The position numbers and the translations under genes were made by a program. A stretch of 55,193 nt of DNA, counting the filler, from Catajapyx aquilonaris (taxonomy: Eukaryota): the NCBI GenBank assembly GCA_000934665.2. It is 4 parts of 4 records of this genome, joined end to end, with 100 filler letters (N's around TTAATTAATTAA, not from the genome) between each part and the next. Parts side by side here need not be neighbours in the genome. Positions count along the whole stretch, not along the records: positions 1 to 13,729 come from JYFJ02008006.1; positions 13,830 to 27,551 come from JYFJ02008007.1; 2 more parts are not named here. One strand, written 5' to 3'. The notes below the pieces were generated by a model, which worked only from the letters and a program-made list of their open reading frames with translations, did no database searches and was not told the origin of the DNA. Numbering within the stretch: the first letter of the stretch is position 1; every line of letters begins with the position of its first letter. This document shows, one piece after another, positions 12,115 through 22,579 of the stretch.

Positions 12115-12959
12115 CAGTAAAAATTCTCGAAGTCGAATCTCCATGGGACCGGGAAAAAACTTTGAGTTATGGAAGATTCGAGTTGGAGAAGTTTGGAATT
12201 TTTTAAGCACAGGAAGCCTACCTATATATCCAGCCGCTAAAGGTGTTCAAAACTTAAAAATTACTGTCACTATCACACTACAATGTTCCTCATTGTGTTG
12301 TTGTAAAAAAAAACTTCATTATGGACATTTGCCTACTGTTAGATCAGCTCGCACTCTTAATAAAGGATTCAATGGTCACATTAGAGTCAAACACTTCTTT
12401 CGATACTTCTGGTGGACGGAGATCAGGAAATTGAGCCTTTCTGTACATGTGGCCTACTCTCAACCCTTCGGCTGGGAAGTGAGAAAATTTTCTGTACTCG
12501 CCAAAATGAACTTCGACTTAGGGAGACTGAAAATGCATTGATATCCCATCGTAATGTCCTACCTGCACTTCGAGTTATGGAGAACTGAGACTTATAGAAA
12601 TCTGAGTTAGGGAAATGTATTTCCTATTATTTTATACATTGTGACCGACCAAGCTCATAATGTTCTTTGACTTAACCCTGCTACACAAATTCGGCGGAAG
12701 GCTGAGCAGGCGGAAAGCATGCGATTGGGGCGCGGAATGTGAGCGGTGGCAATTCACAAATTCGGCGGTGGCACTGTGGGCGGAAACTGGTGCGGTGGGA
12801 ATCGCTCAAGTCCAACTGGATGGACGTTGCGATTGCCACCGCTCAGGTTCCGCGCCCCAAACGCACTCTTGCTGCCTGCTCAGCCTTCCACCGAATTTGT
12901 GAAGCAGGCTTTATAGAGAACTTCGACTTAGGGAAGTTCGACTTATAGAAGTTTCACTG
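12115..12959. mobile_element. Tc1/pogo-type MITE containing a nested element
   Basis: TA|CAGTAAAA...TTTCACTG|TA ends with repeated subterminal TTCGA(C/G)TTA motifs. Confidence 0.7.
12675..12910. mobile_element. PIF/Harbinger-like palindromic MITE (nested)
   Basis: TTA TSD (12672-74, 12911-13); arms CCTGCTACACAAATTCGGCGGAAGGCTGAGCAGGC / GCCTGCTCAGCCTTCCACCGAATTTGTGAAGCAGG. Removing it restores the host motif GACTTATAGAG. Confidence 0.7.
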
Positions 12960-13070
12960 TACGTACTCTTGAAATTTTGCGGTGCAGTAACATGTTGTTT
13001 GATATTTATTTGTCGTCTCCAGCCCGCATGTTATACTATGCCAAAAATATCATTAAGTGTTTTTTATTTC

Positions 13071-13365
13071 TTATTTTATTTTTATTTTATTTTTATTATT
13101 TTTTTACCCTGTGATAGGGTGGAGCCCTTTTAGGGGGGAAGGGGAGGTTCCCAAGGGAGGGCGCTGTAATTATAGTCATTTCTGACTTTGTGAACTACAC
13201 CTTTTCTCCTGGCCCTGGGCAGAGTAGGGAATGCAATTCTGCCCCGGCATGTCGGGTGAAAAGTGGAAAAAGACCCTGCAAAGCAGAGGTGACGGGGACG
13301 GGATTTGAACCCTGGCCTCCCTCTTGGCTGGCCAGTGGCCTAACCACCAGACCACCGTGTGTCCC
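13071..13365 (-). mobile_element. tRNA-derived SINE, second family
   Basis: Minus strand shows A-box-like TGGTCTGGTGG, B box GGTTCAAATCC and an A-rich (TAAAA)n tail. Confidence 0.6.
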
Positions 13366-13729
13366 TTACATTTTATAATATTATTTAGCTGAAGAACTAT
13401 GGAAAATGGTGGGGTTCAGAAAACAACTGGTGGCTTTTTATAATTTTGTGACGAATTTTAAATACAGGTACAGTAAGTACCTGTTTCACGCTGGTTCACA
13501 TTAACCCTAACAAGAAAAAAATCCGACCTTGACCGGCAAATTTTTGCCATACATAGTTGCCCCCAAACCTCCTCAAGAGATTCCACCCTAAAATTAGTGT
13601 AAAAGATAATTCAATAGTTTTAAAATAAATAAATCATTTACTTCACGGCAAAATAATCCCATAGAGGGGTAGCCAGCGGAGTACAGGTTGCCCCTGTCCC
13701 CCTCGTATGACCTACAAAATGACACTCTG

Positions 13730-13829
13730 NNNNNNNNNNNNNNNNNNNNNNNNNNNNNNNNNNNNNNNNNNNNTTAATTAATTAANNNNNNNNNNNNNNN
13801 NNNNNNNNNNNNNNNNNNNNNNNNNNNNN
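13730..13829. other. Artificial contig linker
   Basis: 44 N + TTAATTAATTAA (stops in all six frames) + 44 N. Confidence 0.97.
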
Positions 13830-14468
13830 TTGGATGTGGGTTTCACATATATTTTTTTCAAAAAAATCGATGACTATGACCTGACACCTTTTTTCACTCA
13901 CTGGCTGATCTGAAATGGAACCACCCTTTTACAATCACCTCCTGCTCGCTTGACATTTTTTGTGTGTCCAGAACTGGTCCAGAATGCCTTCTGCACAATT
14001 TACCGAGCATTGTAAGTGTACTATTTATTTCATTTAGACATGACTAAAGATAGCTAGCAGTACCGTACTTATTTTTTGGCATTTTTTTTTTGCATCCACC
14101 CGTAGGCAGATTGACCTGCCAGCCAACCGGAATGGGTCTTCAAGATGGCGGCAGACATATGGAGGGACCACTGGAGGGAAATCCGCCATGTTCCGCCATC
14201 AGCGCCGTCTGGCCAAGACACAGTTATTAACCTACCGTCATCATACAGGGGGCTGGGTGACTTACAGGCACACTTACAGGTGCTGCCACCCACCCGTATC
14301 TTTGCGGGCCTTTCCTTCCCGCAGCCCTTGCAGGAGCGCGACACGATAATTCCACTTCGGAATTTTTTTTTAGTTGCCGGGGCGATACGGGCGTTTGCGA
14401 CTTGCGGGCCTCCCGTAAAGTCCACGAGAATCCGCCCCATAACCGACGGATTTTTTGCTCCTTATGAC

Positions 14469-14574
14469 GTACTATATCGCCCAAAAAGATAGAGACGATT
14501 TTGTATTTGACTCAAGTGCAACTTGCACTTGAATCAAATGCCAATCGTCTCTATCTTTCTGAGCGATATAGTAC
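14469..14574. repeat. ~105-bp imperfect palindrome (mini-MITE-like hairpin)
   Basis: GTACTATATCGC...CAAGTGCAACTTGCACTTG...GCGATATAGTAC. Confidence 0.7.
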
Positions 14575-14809
14575 CTGTGCATATACATATACCTGACATA
14601 TGTAATAAAGTAAATAGCGGCGTGATATGTATATTTACCTCATCAACTATAGGCCATGTGATGTTGTGGTATGAGTGTGCATCTCGATCTGATAATGCGA
14701 GGAAATAAATAATACATGATTGTTACAACATATTGGAGCCAACAATGGAGCCATCTCCCCAGCCGTCAGAGAAGGTTAGTTCTTTTATGTAAGTGTGATG
14801 GTAATTATG

Positions 14810-15663
14810 ACAAGTGGGACTAACTGGGGGGGACATGAAGTGGACTCTGTCAGATTTGCATGAAACGTGCACAGTAGGTGTATCACAGGCGTACAATTTC
14901 ACTGGTATGGGCCATTTTCAGCTACGGCCAGCCGTTGTCGATCTATGAGGGACATTTATAGATCCGCATTATCCCGAGGATTCAAGCCAGCAGGAGGTGT
15001 TATTCCCCGCCCGTTCATTCAGATCAGGTGAGCGATGATTGCGCACACATAAATTTGCATGAATTTAGTTTAATTTAATTTCAATTAATTAAAATCGAAA
15101 AACACGTATATTTCACCACTTTTTGGGGGCCTGAAGTATGTTTCAAGGGCAAGCACTCACTATAGTCTTATTCCTCAATTGCTTCCAATTATATTTATAA
15201 ACTCGCTTTGCGAGGCAGGGGGGCTCCGCCCCCCCACACCCCCCCTTGGGGCTGCGCCCCAATTGGCGCGCCTTCGGCGCTACGCGTTCCCGCCCGGGCC
15301 TACCCACTTACCCAGCACCGCTAGAGAGCTGGAAATAATAACCTGGAGTTCGTCGCCAACGGACGAGTGACCAATGAAGCAAGACAAATTCCAGGACCAC
15401 CACTACAGGGCTGGCAACAATAACCTGGAGTATGTCGTCAACGGACTGACCAGTGAAGCATGACAAATACCAGGTCCACCACTACAGGGCTGGCAACAAT
15501 AACGTGGAGTATGTCGTCAAGGGAGTCACCAATGAAGCATGACAAATACCACACCTGCAACAATCAACCAACCTACCAACCAGCCAATCAACCAACAACA
15601 ATGAGCGCGCCCCACAAACAACAGTCTCATTATCAAATTTATTTTAAGGGCGATAGCCCTTAA
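14810..15663 (+). mobile_element. Helentron-associated (HINE/DINE-1-like) element with internal ~80-bp tandem repeats
   Basis: ACAAG start, about 3 tandem ~80-bp units (15328-15555), (CCAA)n microsatellite, and a terminal hairpin TTTTAAGGGC-GATA-GCCCTTAAAA whose TTAA was the Kolobok target. Classification is by architecture only. Confidence 0.5.
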
Positions 15664-16995
15664 AGGGACACTCCAGTCTGAAGACAAGTTGATGTCTAAA
15701 AATCAGGCAAAAAATCCTGACTCCAACGCAAAAATCCGTTTGTCTCAAAACAGAACCGTAACCGGGGTCGTGGGGTCAAATCCTCGCCGTCTGCTAAGCA
15801 AGCAGAGCCGCCACTCGGGGAATGGCAGTTTCAATGCGTTTTTCCCTATTCGGGAGTGTCGCCGCCTGCTGAGGATGATGTCAAACATCAAGCAATCATA
15901 CCTTTGGGATGGACCTAAGCGTTATTGTATGCGCATCTACAATTAGCTGCTAATTAGGTCCATTAATCCCAAGATGGCGGCGCCCGGGCTGTCGACAGCA
16001 AGTTGTAGTCACACGGAGGAGACTAATACCGGTAAGTACCGGTAGTACCGGCTGATATGTAAATGCAGCTGTAAATAAATGCGTCAAATGCTGTCGCAGG
16101 TGATGTGGAGGGCCCCGCCGAGGTTGGCAGTGGCCCCAGTGGGGAAGGAGCGGGCTACATGGAGCCTAGCTGGCACGGGCTTCTCCCCTACCAATTGTAA
16201 ATAATTTGCATGTGCGAAATGTACTTTTGAGTCTGTAAATAAACATCACCTGTACCTGTGTGGAGGTCGACTCATCATGACTGGATATTCCTGTACCACA
16301 ACTCTCAGATGTGTTCTGAAATAAGTAGGTGCACTTGGAAATTTGTATGTGCGAAATATGTACAGTAGGTACATCTGCTAATGCCTCTACCTGCAGTTTC
16401 GGAACGGCGTTGGGCTTCAGTCTCCGTGTCTGCTGGTCTGGTCTAAAGGGAAATATAGACTGTCTTTCAAAGTGATCTAGACACACCCGATGATGTGCCA
16501 TGGGTGCGTACGTTGGCGGCAAATTCACCGATGCTCTCCATTGTTGCATCAAGTCTTCATTTTCACGGGGGAATGAGAAGAAATGGACGCGCTGACCACT
16601 TGACTGACGACGCCCACAAACTACGCAAATGCGTCCTACCGGAGGATTCCCGATAGGGGCAGCTCCTTGCTCAGCCATGTTACCTGATGCAAGGTAAACC
16701 GCGATATGCCCGCAGCTTCCGGTTCCAGTTCCGAGTTCAATTTTCAATCACGCGCGCCAGGCATGTACGGTCGTCGTTTCGCCACCCACCCGAGTGAGGC
16801 GCCACTTACGGCGAGTCGGCGATTGACACGCCTCCCGTGACGTCACTCCGCAAGCGGGGGATACGAATGCTGCCAACTTTGACCTTCTCTCCTGGCCTTA
16901 CGGTTCTGTTTTGAGACAAACGGATTTTTGCGTTGGAGTCAGGATTTTTTGCCTGATTTTTAGACATCAACTTGTCTTCAGACTGGAGTGTCCCT
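15664..16995. mobile_element. Kolobok-type DNA transposon, internally deleted, retaining a THAP domain
   Basis: TTAA TSD (15660-63, 16996-99), perfect 98-bp TIRs starting AGGGACACTCCAG (15664-15761, 16898-16995), THAP ORF inside, no DDE domain. Confidence 0.85.
16166..16678 (-). CDS. THAP zinc-finger domain protein (5' remnant of the element's transposase)
   Basis: CVVC...FFSFP...QW...VCLDHF...LKPNAVP is the THAP C2CH signature with AVP box; ATG at 16678. The portion after about 16390 probably includes small introns. Confidence 0.8.
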   Translation of the reverse strand: MAEQGAAPIGNPPVGRICVVCGRRQSSGQRVHFFSFPRENEDLMQQWRASVNLPPTYAPMAHHRVCLDHFERQSIFPFRPDQQTRRLKPNAVPKLQVEALADVPTVHISHIQISKCTYLFQNTSESCGTGISSHDESTSTQVQVMFIYRLKSTFRTCKLFTIGRGEARAS

Positions 16996-17095
16996 TTAAA
17001 AACTAGGCGAATTGACATGGAAAAATGACCCGCGTATACTAATGTCAACGCGAACTTGGGTTAACGTATACGAACGTAACGTGAATATATTTGGG

Positions 17096-18117
17096 TTAAC
17101 GTGAACTGAGGTTGGGTTTTCGACATTTTCGGAGAGTGAGGATGCGCCATGTACGTGAGGGGTATGGTACTACCTGCCCCAGTGCTGTGTCCAATTGGTC
17201 GATCCGAATCAGTTCCAGCGATTTCAGACGGCACAGACACGGCCTGATCTGGAGCATCTTCTCGGGGGTCATCGTGGTCAGCCTCAGCACCCTCAGCTGC
17301 TGGAGGTCGTTCAGAGGCGTGGCCGGCCCGTCCATCGAGGTCACGTTCAGGCCAAGGTCAGTCAGGTTCGGAAACGCGCGGACCAGGTCGGGCAGCATCT
17401 GAGAAACCCTGATGCGGATAGCCTGCATGCTCGGGTGCGAACCCGGACAGGCCTGGATGACCTCGGCCAGCTCGATTAGACCAACGGACCGTGAGGTCAG
17501 ATGGGGCACGCTGTCCAGGATATTCCTCACTTGCTGGGCGTCCTGTCCCAGATAGGTGAGGGCGACTCTTTTCAGATTGGGACACCCGTCCAGCGTCTGG
17601 CTGGCCGACATGCCCCATGTGAACTCAAGTTCCTGCAAGTTGGGACAGTGTCGGGACAGGAGTTGTGGTAGTTGGTGATGGTCCTTGACAATGCCGTACG
17701 GCATGCCTAATGTGCGAAGTCTGCCTAGATAGGGTAAGCTGTCCATCAACTTGTACAGGAAAGTCAGGTCCAGATGGATATTGTTCGTATGGATCACGTT
17801 CATGTCCCGCATGAATGGAAGGTGTCCTATGGCTTCGGACACAAGGGAGGTGGGCATCTCTTCAGATATCTTGAGACACGTGCAGGCTCGGTGGTAGGCG
17901 CCGCACGTCTTCCAGGGCGACCTGGTGCGGAAGGAGTCCAAGGCGTGGCTCAACATGGCTTCAGTGTATGCGTCAGCCAGGTGACGAGGTATGGTCTGCA
18001 CGTAGTCGTGAATGGCCCTCAGGCCGCTGTACACCACCTTGCAGAGGTCCCACTTACGGCGGATGAGGACCAGGGTGCACCACGACCTCAGGGGAATCAT
18101 TTGCTTCGGGTGAAATA
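17096..18117 (-). CDS. BC-box/LRR protein (PRAME/ZYG-11-like architecture), main exon; probably 3'-truncated
   Basis: PLRSWCTLVL (BC-box-like), IPRHLADAYTEAML (Cul2-box-like), then RNI/AMN1-like LRRs (CPNLQELEF, CPNLKRVAL, FPNLTDLGL). Acceptor at 18118-19 joins in frame to ATGCAAGTAGACG|GT at 21445-21433. The ORF runs into repeat-like sequence mid-LRR. Confidence 0.7.
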
Positions 18118-18183
18118 CTATTGAGAGACAAGAAGAGGACGGTGACACAGGGATTGGTCGGCAGTCGAAAATGTTCATTGAAC

Positions 18184-21100
18184 ATGAAGGCTTGCCCGGA
18201 ATAACGTTGCATGTCACATATCACAATTGTGAGAAAATGACCGAAAAATTTGGAAATATAATTTTAGCCATAAAAGTTATACCATACCTTAGGGTGACCA
18301 AGCTGCACACATGCATGCATGTTGTGGGTAGGCCAGATGTTTTTGCAGTAAACTGTAAAATAGATTACAGCTGACATGATGGAAGAACGATGCATGTCAC
18401 AAGTGGATATGCAACTTTATTCCAGTAGACAACATGGAATCAAATACAGTGCTTTTTAATAGGTGTGTACACATTAGTCCTCCTCCTCCCCATCTCCCTG
18501 CAAGGTGGAGTAAAACTCTGCATCCTCTGGCTTCAAATATTTGCACATATCAAGCAAATCCTTTAGCTTCGCAGCCTTCACAGGGATGGGGCCCGTGTAA
18601 GCTTCTTTTAGGGTCAGGTTTTGCAGCCCCTGAAAGAGGGTCCTGATCATAGGGCGTTTTCCTCGTCCACGCACTGGGGGCAACAATGAATAGCAGTCCC
18701 ATGCTGTGAGCTCATTGTGGCATGACCTTTTCATAATATTGGTGGGATCGTCGTGGGTCAGCTTCAGCCACATTGCAGAGGTGATTTTTAAACCTTTGGG
18801 CCGAACGAAAGCTGCTTCCACATCACAAAAGTCCTTGAAGTCTTCTTGCTTCATCTCGTGGACTAGGAATGGCCTGCTTGGACGACTTTCTTGTATCACT
18901 TGCTTCCAGTGGCTTGGCACCATGGCAGTTGAGACAGTCTTCCTCTGCTCAATAAGAGCAAAGACCCTGTCACAGGGCAAGAAACTGTGGCCAGTGGTGG
19001 TGAACTTCTGCTCGACTGTCGTGAAGTACTTCCTTGGCATCAAAAGCAGTAGAGCTGCAACAACAGTCCAGTTGTTGTTCTGGCCAACACATCGATCAGA
19101 CCAGAGCACTAGCCTGCGTTCTTGATGGCTCTGAAGACGGGGAAACTTTGTTGTAACATAATGCACAATGCATGACGCAATGTCTCTTGATCCTCGCTTG
19201 CCGATGGCCTCATGCCAAAGATACATTGTGCTTTGACCTGTTGCCGGCTCGTTCATGCCGTAGTTGTAGCAGGAGTACTGCCTCTGGTAAAACACAGCAG
19301 AATGTGTTAGTTGTGGTGTAAACAGAACCTGCTGCATGTCACCACACAAAACAATAAGGTTGGGATTTGCTCGTGCTGCTTCTGTGTCATTGGCAAGCAT
19401 TTCATATGACTTCTCAGCTTTCCTGTGATGCAACTCACTCTCACGTTGTACCCTGTCTGCTTCTTGTTCATCACATGCTCCTTGCAGAAGTATGTAGAAC
19501 CTGTCGCATGCCTGGCATGTATCGGAGCGTGGCTGCCCGAAGCGCAGGTGGAAGTCCCGCTGAAATACATCTCGGTACAGCCAGTACTTCACCTGGGGGG
19601 AAAAGAATATATTAACATGATTATACAGGTGTACAATGGCAAAAGTGTTTTTCTTTCAGCCTTCATACCCTTTGGCTCACTGATATCAGAAAAATACAAC
19701 AAGAAGACCTATCATGAACAATACTTTTCACAGAATGAAAATATTAAATTTACTTTTCGGAAAACATTTTTACAGCATTCTGTGACAGAAAGTACTCTTC
19801 AGTTCGACACTACAACGGCAAAAATATATTGAAAGAGAAAATGTAGCAAACGACACAGATATACTGCGGGCACTTAGTCACTCAAATGATTAATATTACA
19901 ATAGCATCTGCCCAACCTGATCTATGATCAGGTTGGGCAGATGCACCAAAAAGTATCCATCACTTACATCTGGATGCGTCGTCTGAAAGAGTTGGTGCAT
20001 CCTTTGCACAGATAGGTCCGGTCGCAAGTATGCCCGTTCTGAATTCCCAACTGCACGTGAATAGTGATTCTCAACTTGTGGAAAGCTCTCAATGTGCTTG
20101 CGAATAGCCTCCCTAGTTTCCTCAGAAATTGCATGGGGCCTATTCTCATGCCTTCCACGTAAATCATGTAAGTCCTGGTCCTTCTTCATTTTCTCTCGAA
20201 TGATTTGCAGTCGCCGCCTCGTGATACCGTACATGTCGCATACCGTCTTCTGACATGTTGGCAAATCTTTGTCCTTGAGCCTGATGACATAAGTGAATGT
20301 TGTTGTCCTCTGGGATGGTCCTTCGTCAGCCTTCTTCCGAGGCCTCTTGATCGTCTCACTCTTCATTAGAGAGGCAAGATGCTGTGTTTGTTCATCATGG
20401 GTCCATGAACGGAACTTGCCAAACAACGCCTTCTTTTCCTCAGGGCTTAAGCTGCGCCCAATTTTCTTGCAGTACATGCTGCAAACCTTTCCCTGCACAG
20501 AAAAAATTAGAATGTGAACATAAATGTTTATCAGGTTGCACCTGAGTTGGGCCAAAACTTTTGCATATCAACATCGGCTCATTGACAAAATAATAACTTT
20601 AATGTTCAGTCATAAAATCAGCTTTCTCCTCGTTTCTCCTTCTATTCTCAAAAACAAATGCCCTTTACACTTATAGTCCACTGGTAACTGGTTTGTAAAA
20701 AATGTACAGCAGTATTGCAGCTAACCAGCCTTTAGCATAAATAATAATAATATTCAGTCTGAGAAACTGTGCAACGTTGTTCCACTCACCAGTTCAGGTC
20801 GTTTCACGGCCTCCTTGAACACCCCGGAGCGGTTGGTGTATTCCTCCCCTGCTTCCCTCAAACACTTAGCCTTCTTATCCTTCCACTCCTGTGGATCAGA
20901 GCTCCGTTTTTTCCCTTTTTTTCCGTTGTTTTATATCCCTGGGACTCACGTTCACACGCGGTCTGTCCGCCATCTTGGAATACCGAGCAACGTTTTTCCA
21001 CGCATGTGATATTGCTATGTAACGCATGTGATATTGCTACCCTCTGTTTCATGTGGATGGAGTGCATTTTTTGACCTCTATAGATGGAAGCATAAGTTCC

Positions 21101-21184
21101 GCTCAGAGGCAAGGAAGGATTGTCCGCGGGAATCTCAGAATCGTATTTTTGGCGCTTGCAACGTTATTCCGGGCAAGCCTTCAT
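18184..21184. mobile_element. ~3.0-kb cut-and-paste DNA transposon, Sola1-like
   Basis: Perfect 28-bp inverted repeats ATGAAGGCTTGCCCGGAATAACGTTGCA (18184-18211, 21157-21184) enclosing a spliced transposase gene. Confidence 0.85.
18474..20973 (-). CDS. Sola1-like DDD transposase, ~608 aa, 3 exons (20973-20790, 20492-19968, 19592-18474), one frameshift in exon 1
   Basis: Motifs ENHYSR, RFGQPRSDTCQACD, HHRKAE, GDMQQVLFTP..FYQRQ..YN, WHEAIGKRGS, WSDRCVGQNNN, GHSFLPCDRVFALIE; two phase-0 GT-AG introns. Superfamily assigned from motif recall. Confidence 0.8.
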
Positions 21185-22579
21185 AGGTAGAACCATCTCT
21201 TGGACCAAAAAAAAAGAAGCACCAGGCAGGTTAGAACTTCAATTTATTACTTTCTGATTCGCCCTCGTATAATTATTCAAATGCATATATCTCGACATTG
21301 CAATTTGATAGTGCATCCTAATACCGAAATCGAGAGGGTATTGCAATATTGATATCAAAATCGACACGATAGTCGATCTAGATATCGAATTCGATAATCA
21401 ATATGTATATACATATCGACCTTGTCGCTTACCGTCTACTTGCATGTGCACCGTCGACAAGCTCTCTCCTCGTACTAATATGTGCTCGATCGAGGAGAAC
21501 ATCATTGCTTGTCTTAATGATTCCATGTCTTGCCAAAGCGAAGTGACTCTCCACATCGTCAGGCCAGTCCTTCTGTACCGTCCTGCAAGCGTCCGATACT
21601 GTGTCCACTATATCTTGTTCAAGCTGGACGTTTCCAACGAACATGGCCTGTGATATATCGGCATCTCCAACAATCTGAAAATTATTAATAAATAATATGC
21701 ACAAAATTATTTTCGAGAATTAATTTATTATTCTCACCTTAGATGCAGTGCAGGCCAAAATAAACGAAAATCTGGATTATTCGATCGTCATAACAGGGGC
21801 AAAATTTCTGCCACGCGTACTTTTCATAACACCTCTCAATGTACAGTACATGACATTTGTTGGAAACCTGTCAACGACACAAAGAAACGCAGGCTGCCAA
21901 CCCACTGACGTTATTGTCTAATTTGGCCATTTTGCTTTTTGTTGGAATGTCGTCCCAGCTAGCCTGTCTTGTCCCCACCAGTAGTTCAACAACAGCCTAT
22001 TCTGTCCACAGACACACTACAGACAAGACACATTAGATATACGCAACATGCGGCGGTATGATGTGAAAATGACCCAAAAATCAAAATGATGTGTAATCAA
22101 CAGGTGTCACTCACAACCTGGCAACACCGCTTCAAGATGGCCGCCACTGTGGGACCCCATTGGGAACACCACAAAATAAACTTAAACCGTAATAAATTGT
22201 AATCTTTTATTTTCAAAATATTATATAAATAAGCGATGGCCCAAAATTCAATTAAAATTTGTGTTCTACTTGGGCGTGGGATCCAACATGGCGTCGATTA
22301 CAAATGGCGGCTCCCATTGAAATGTCGGCATGGTCAGTTAATTATTTCGGATGTAATTAACCCTAAGTTTTAGCTTGGTATGTAACATGTAGCTCATATT
22401 ATAGACGTACATACACTTGAGCTGATAATTAGCAACAATTTCTGCACAAATATTACATCATATTCTGCTAAACAGTGCGGTTTGTTATCATAATTACAAG
22501 CCAGAAAATAGTGTGCACTAACATTAATCTAATCTACTAATTAATCTAATTAGATTTGCATTACTATTACTTTCAGACG

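Noticed and set aside
15328..15555. ~80-bp tandem repeats as a CRISPR array or coding repeat
   Set aside because: Whole units are repeated with no spacers, inside a HINE-like element.
18118..18217. N-terminal MTCNVIPGKPSC... of the 373-aa ORF
   Set aside because: Derived from the transposon TIR and intron; a splice acceptor lies at 18118-19.
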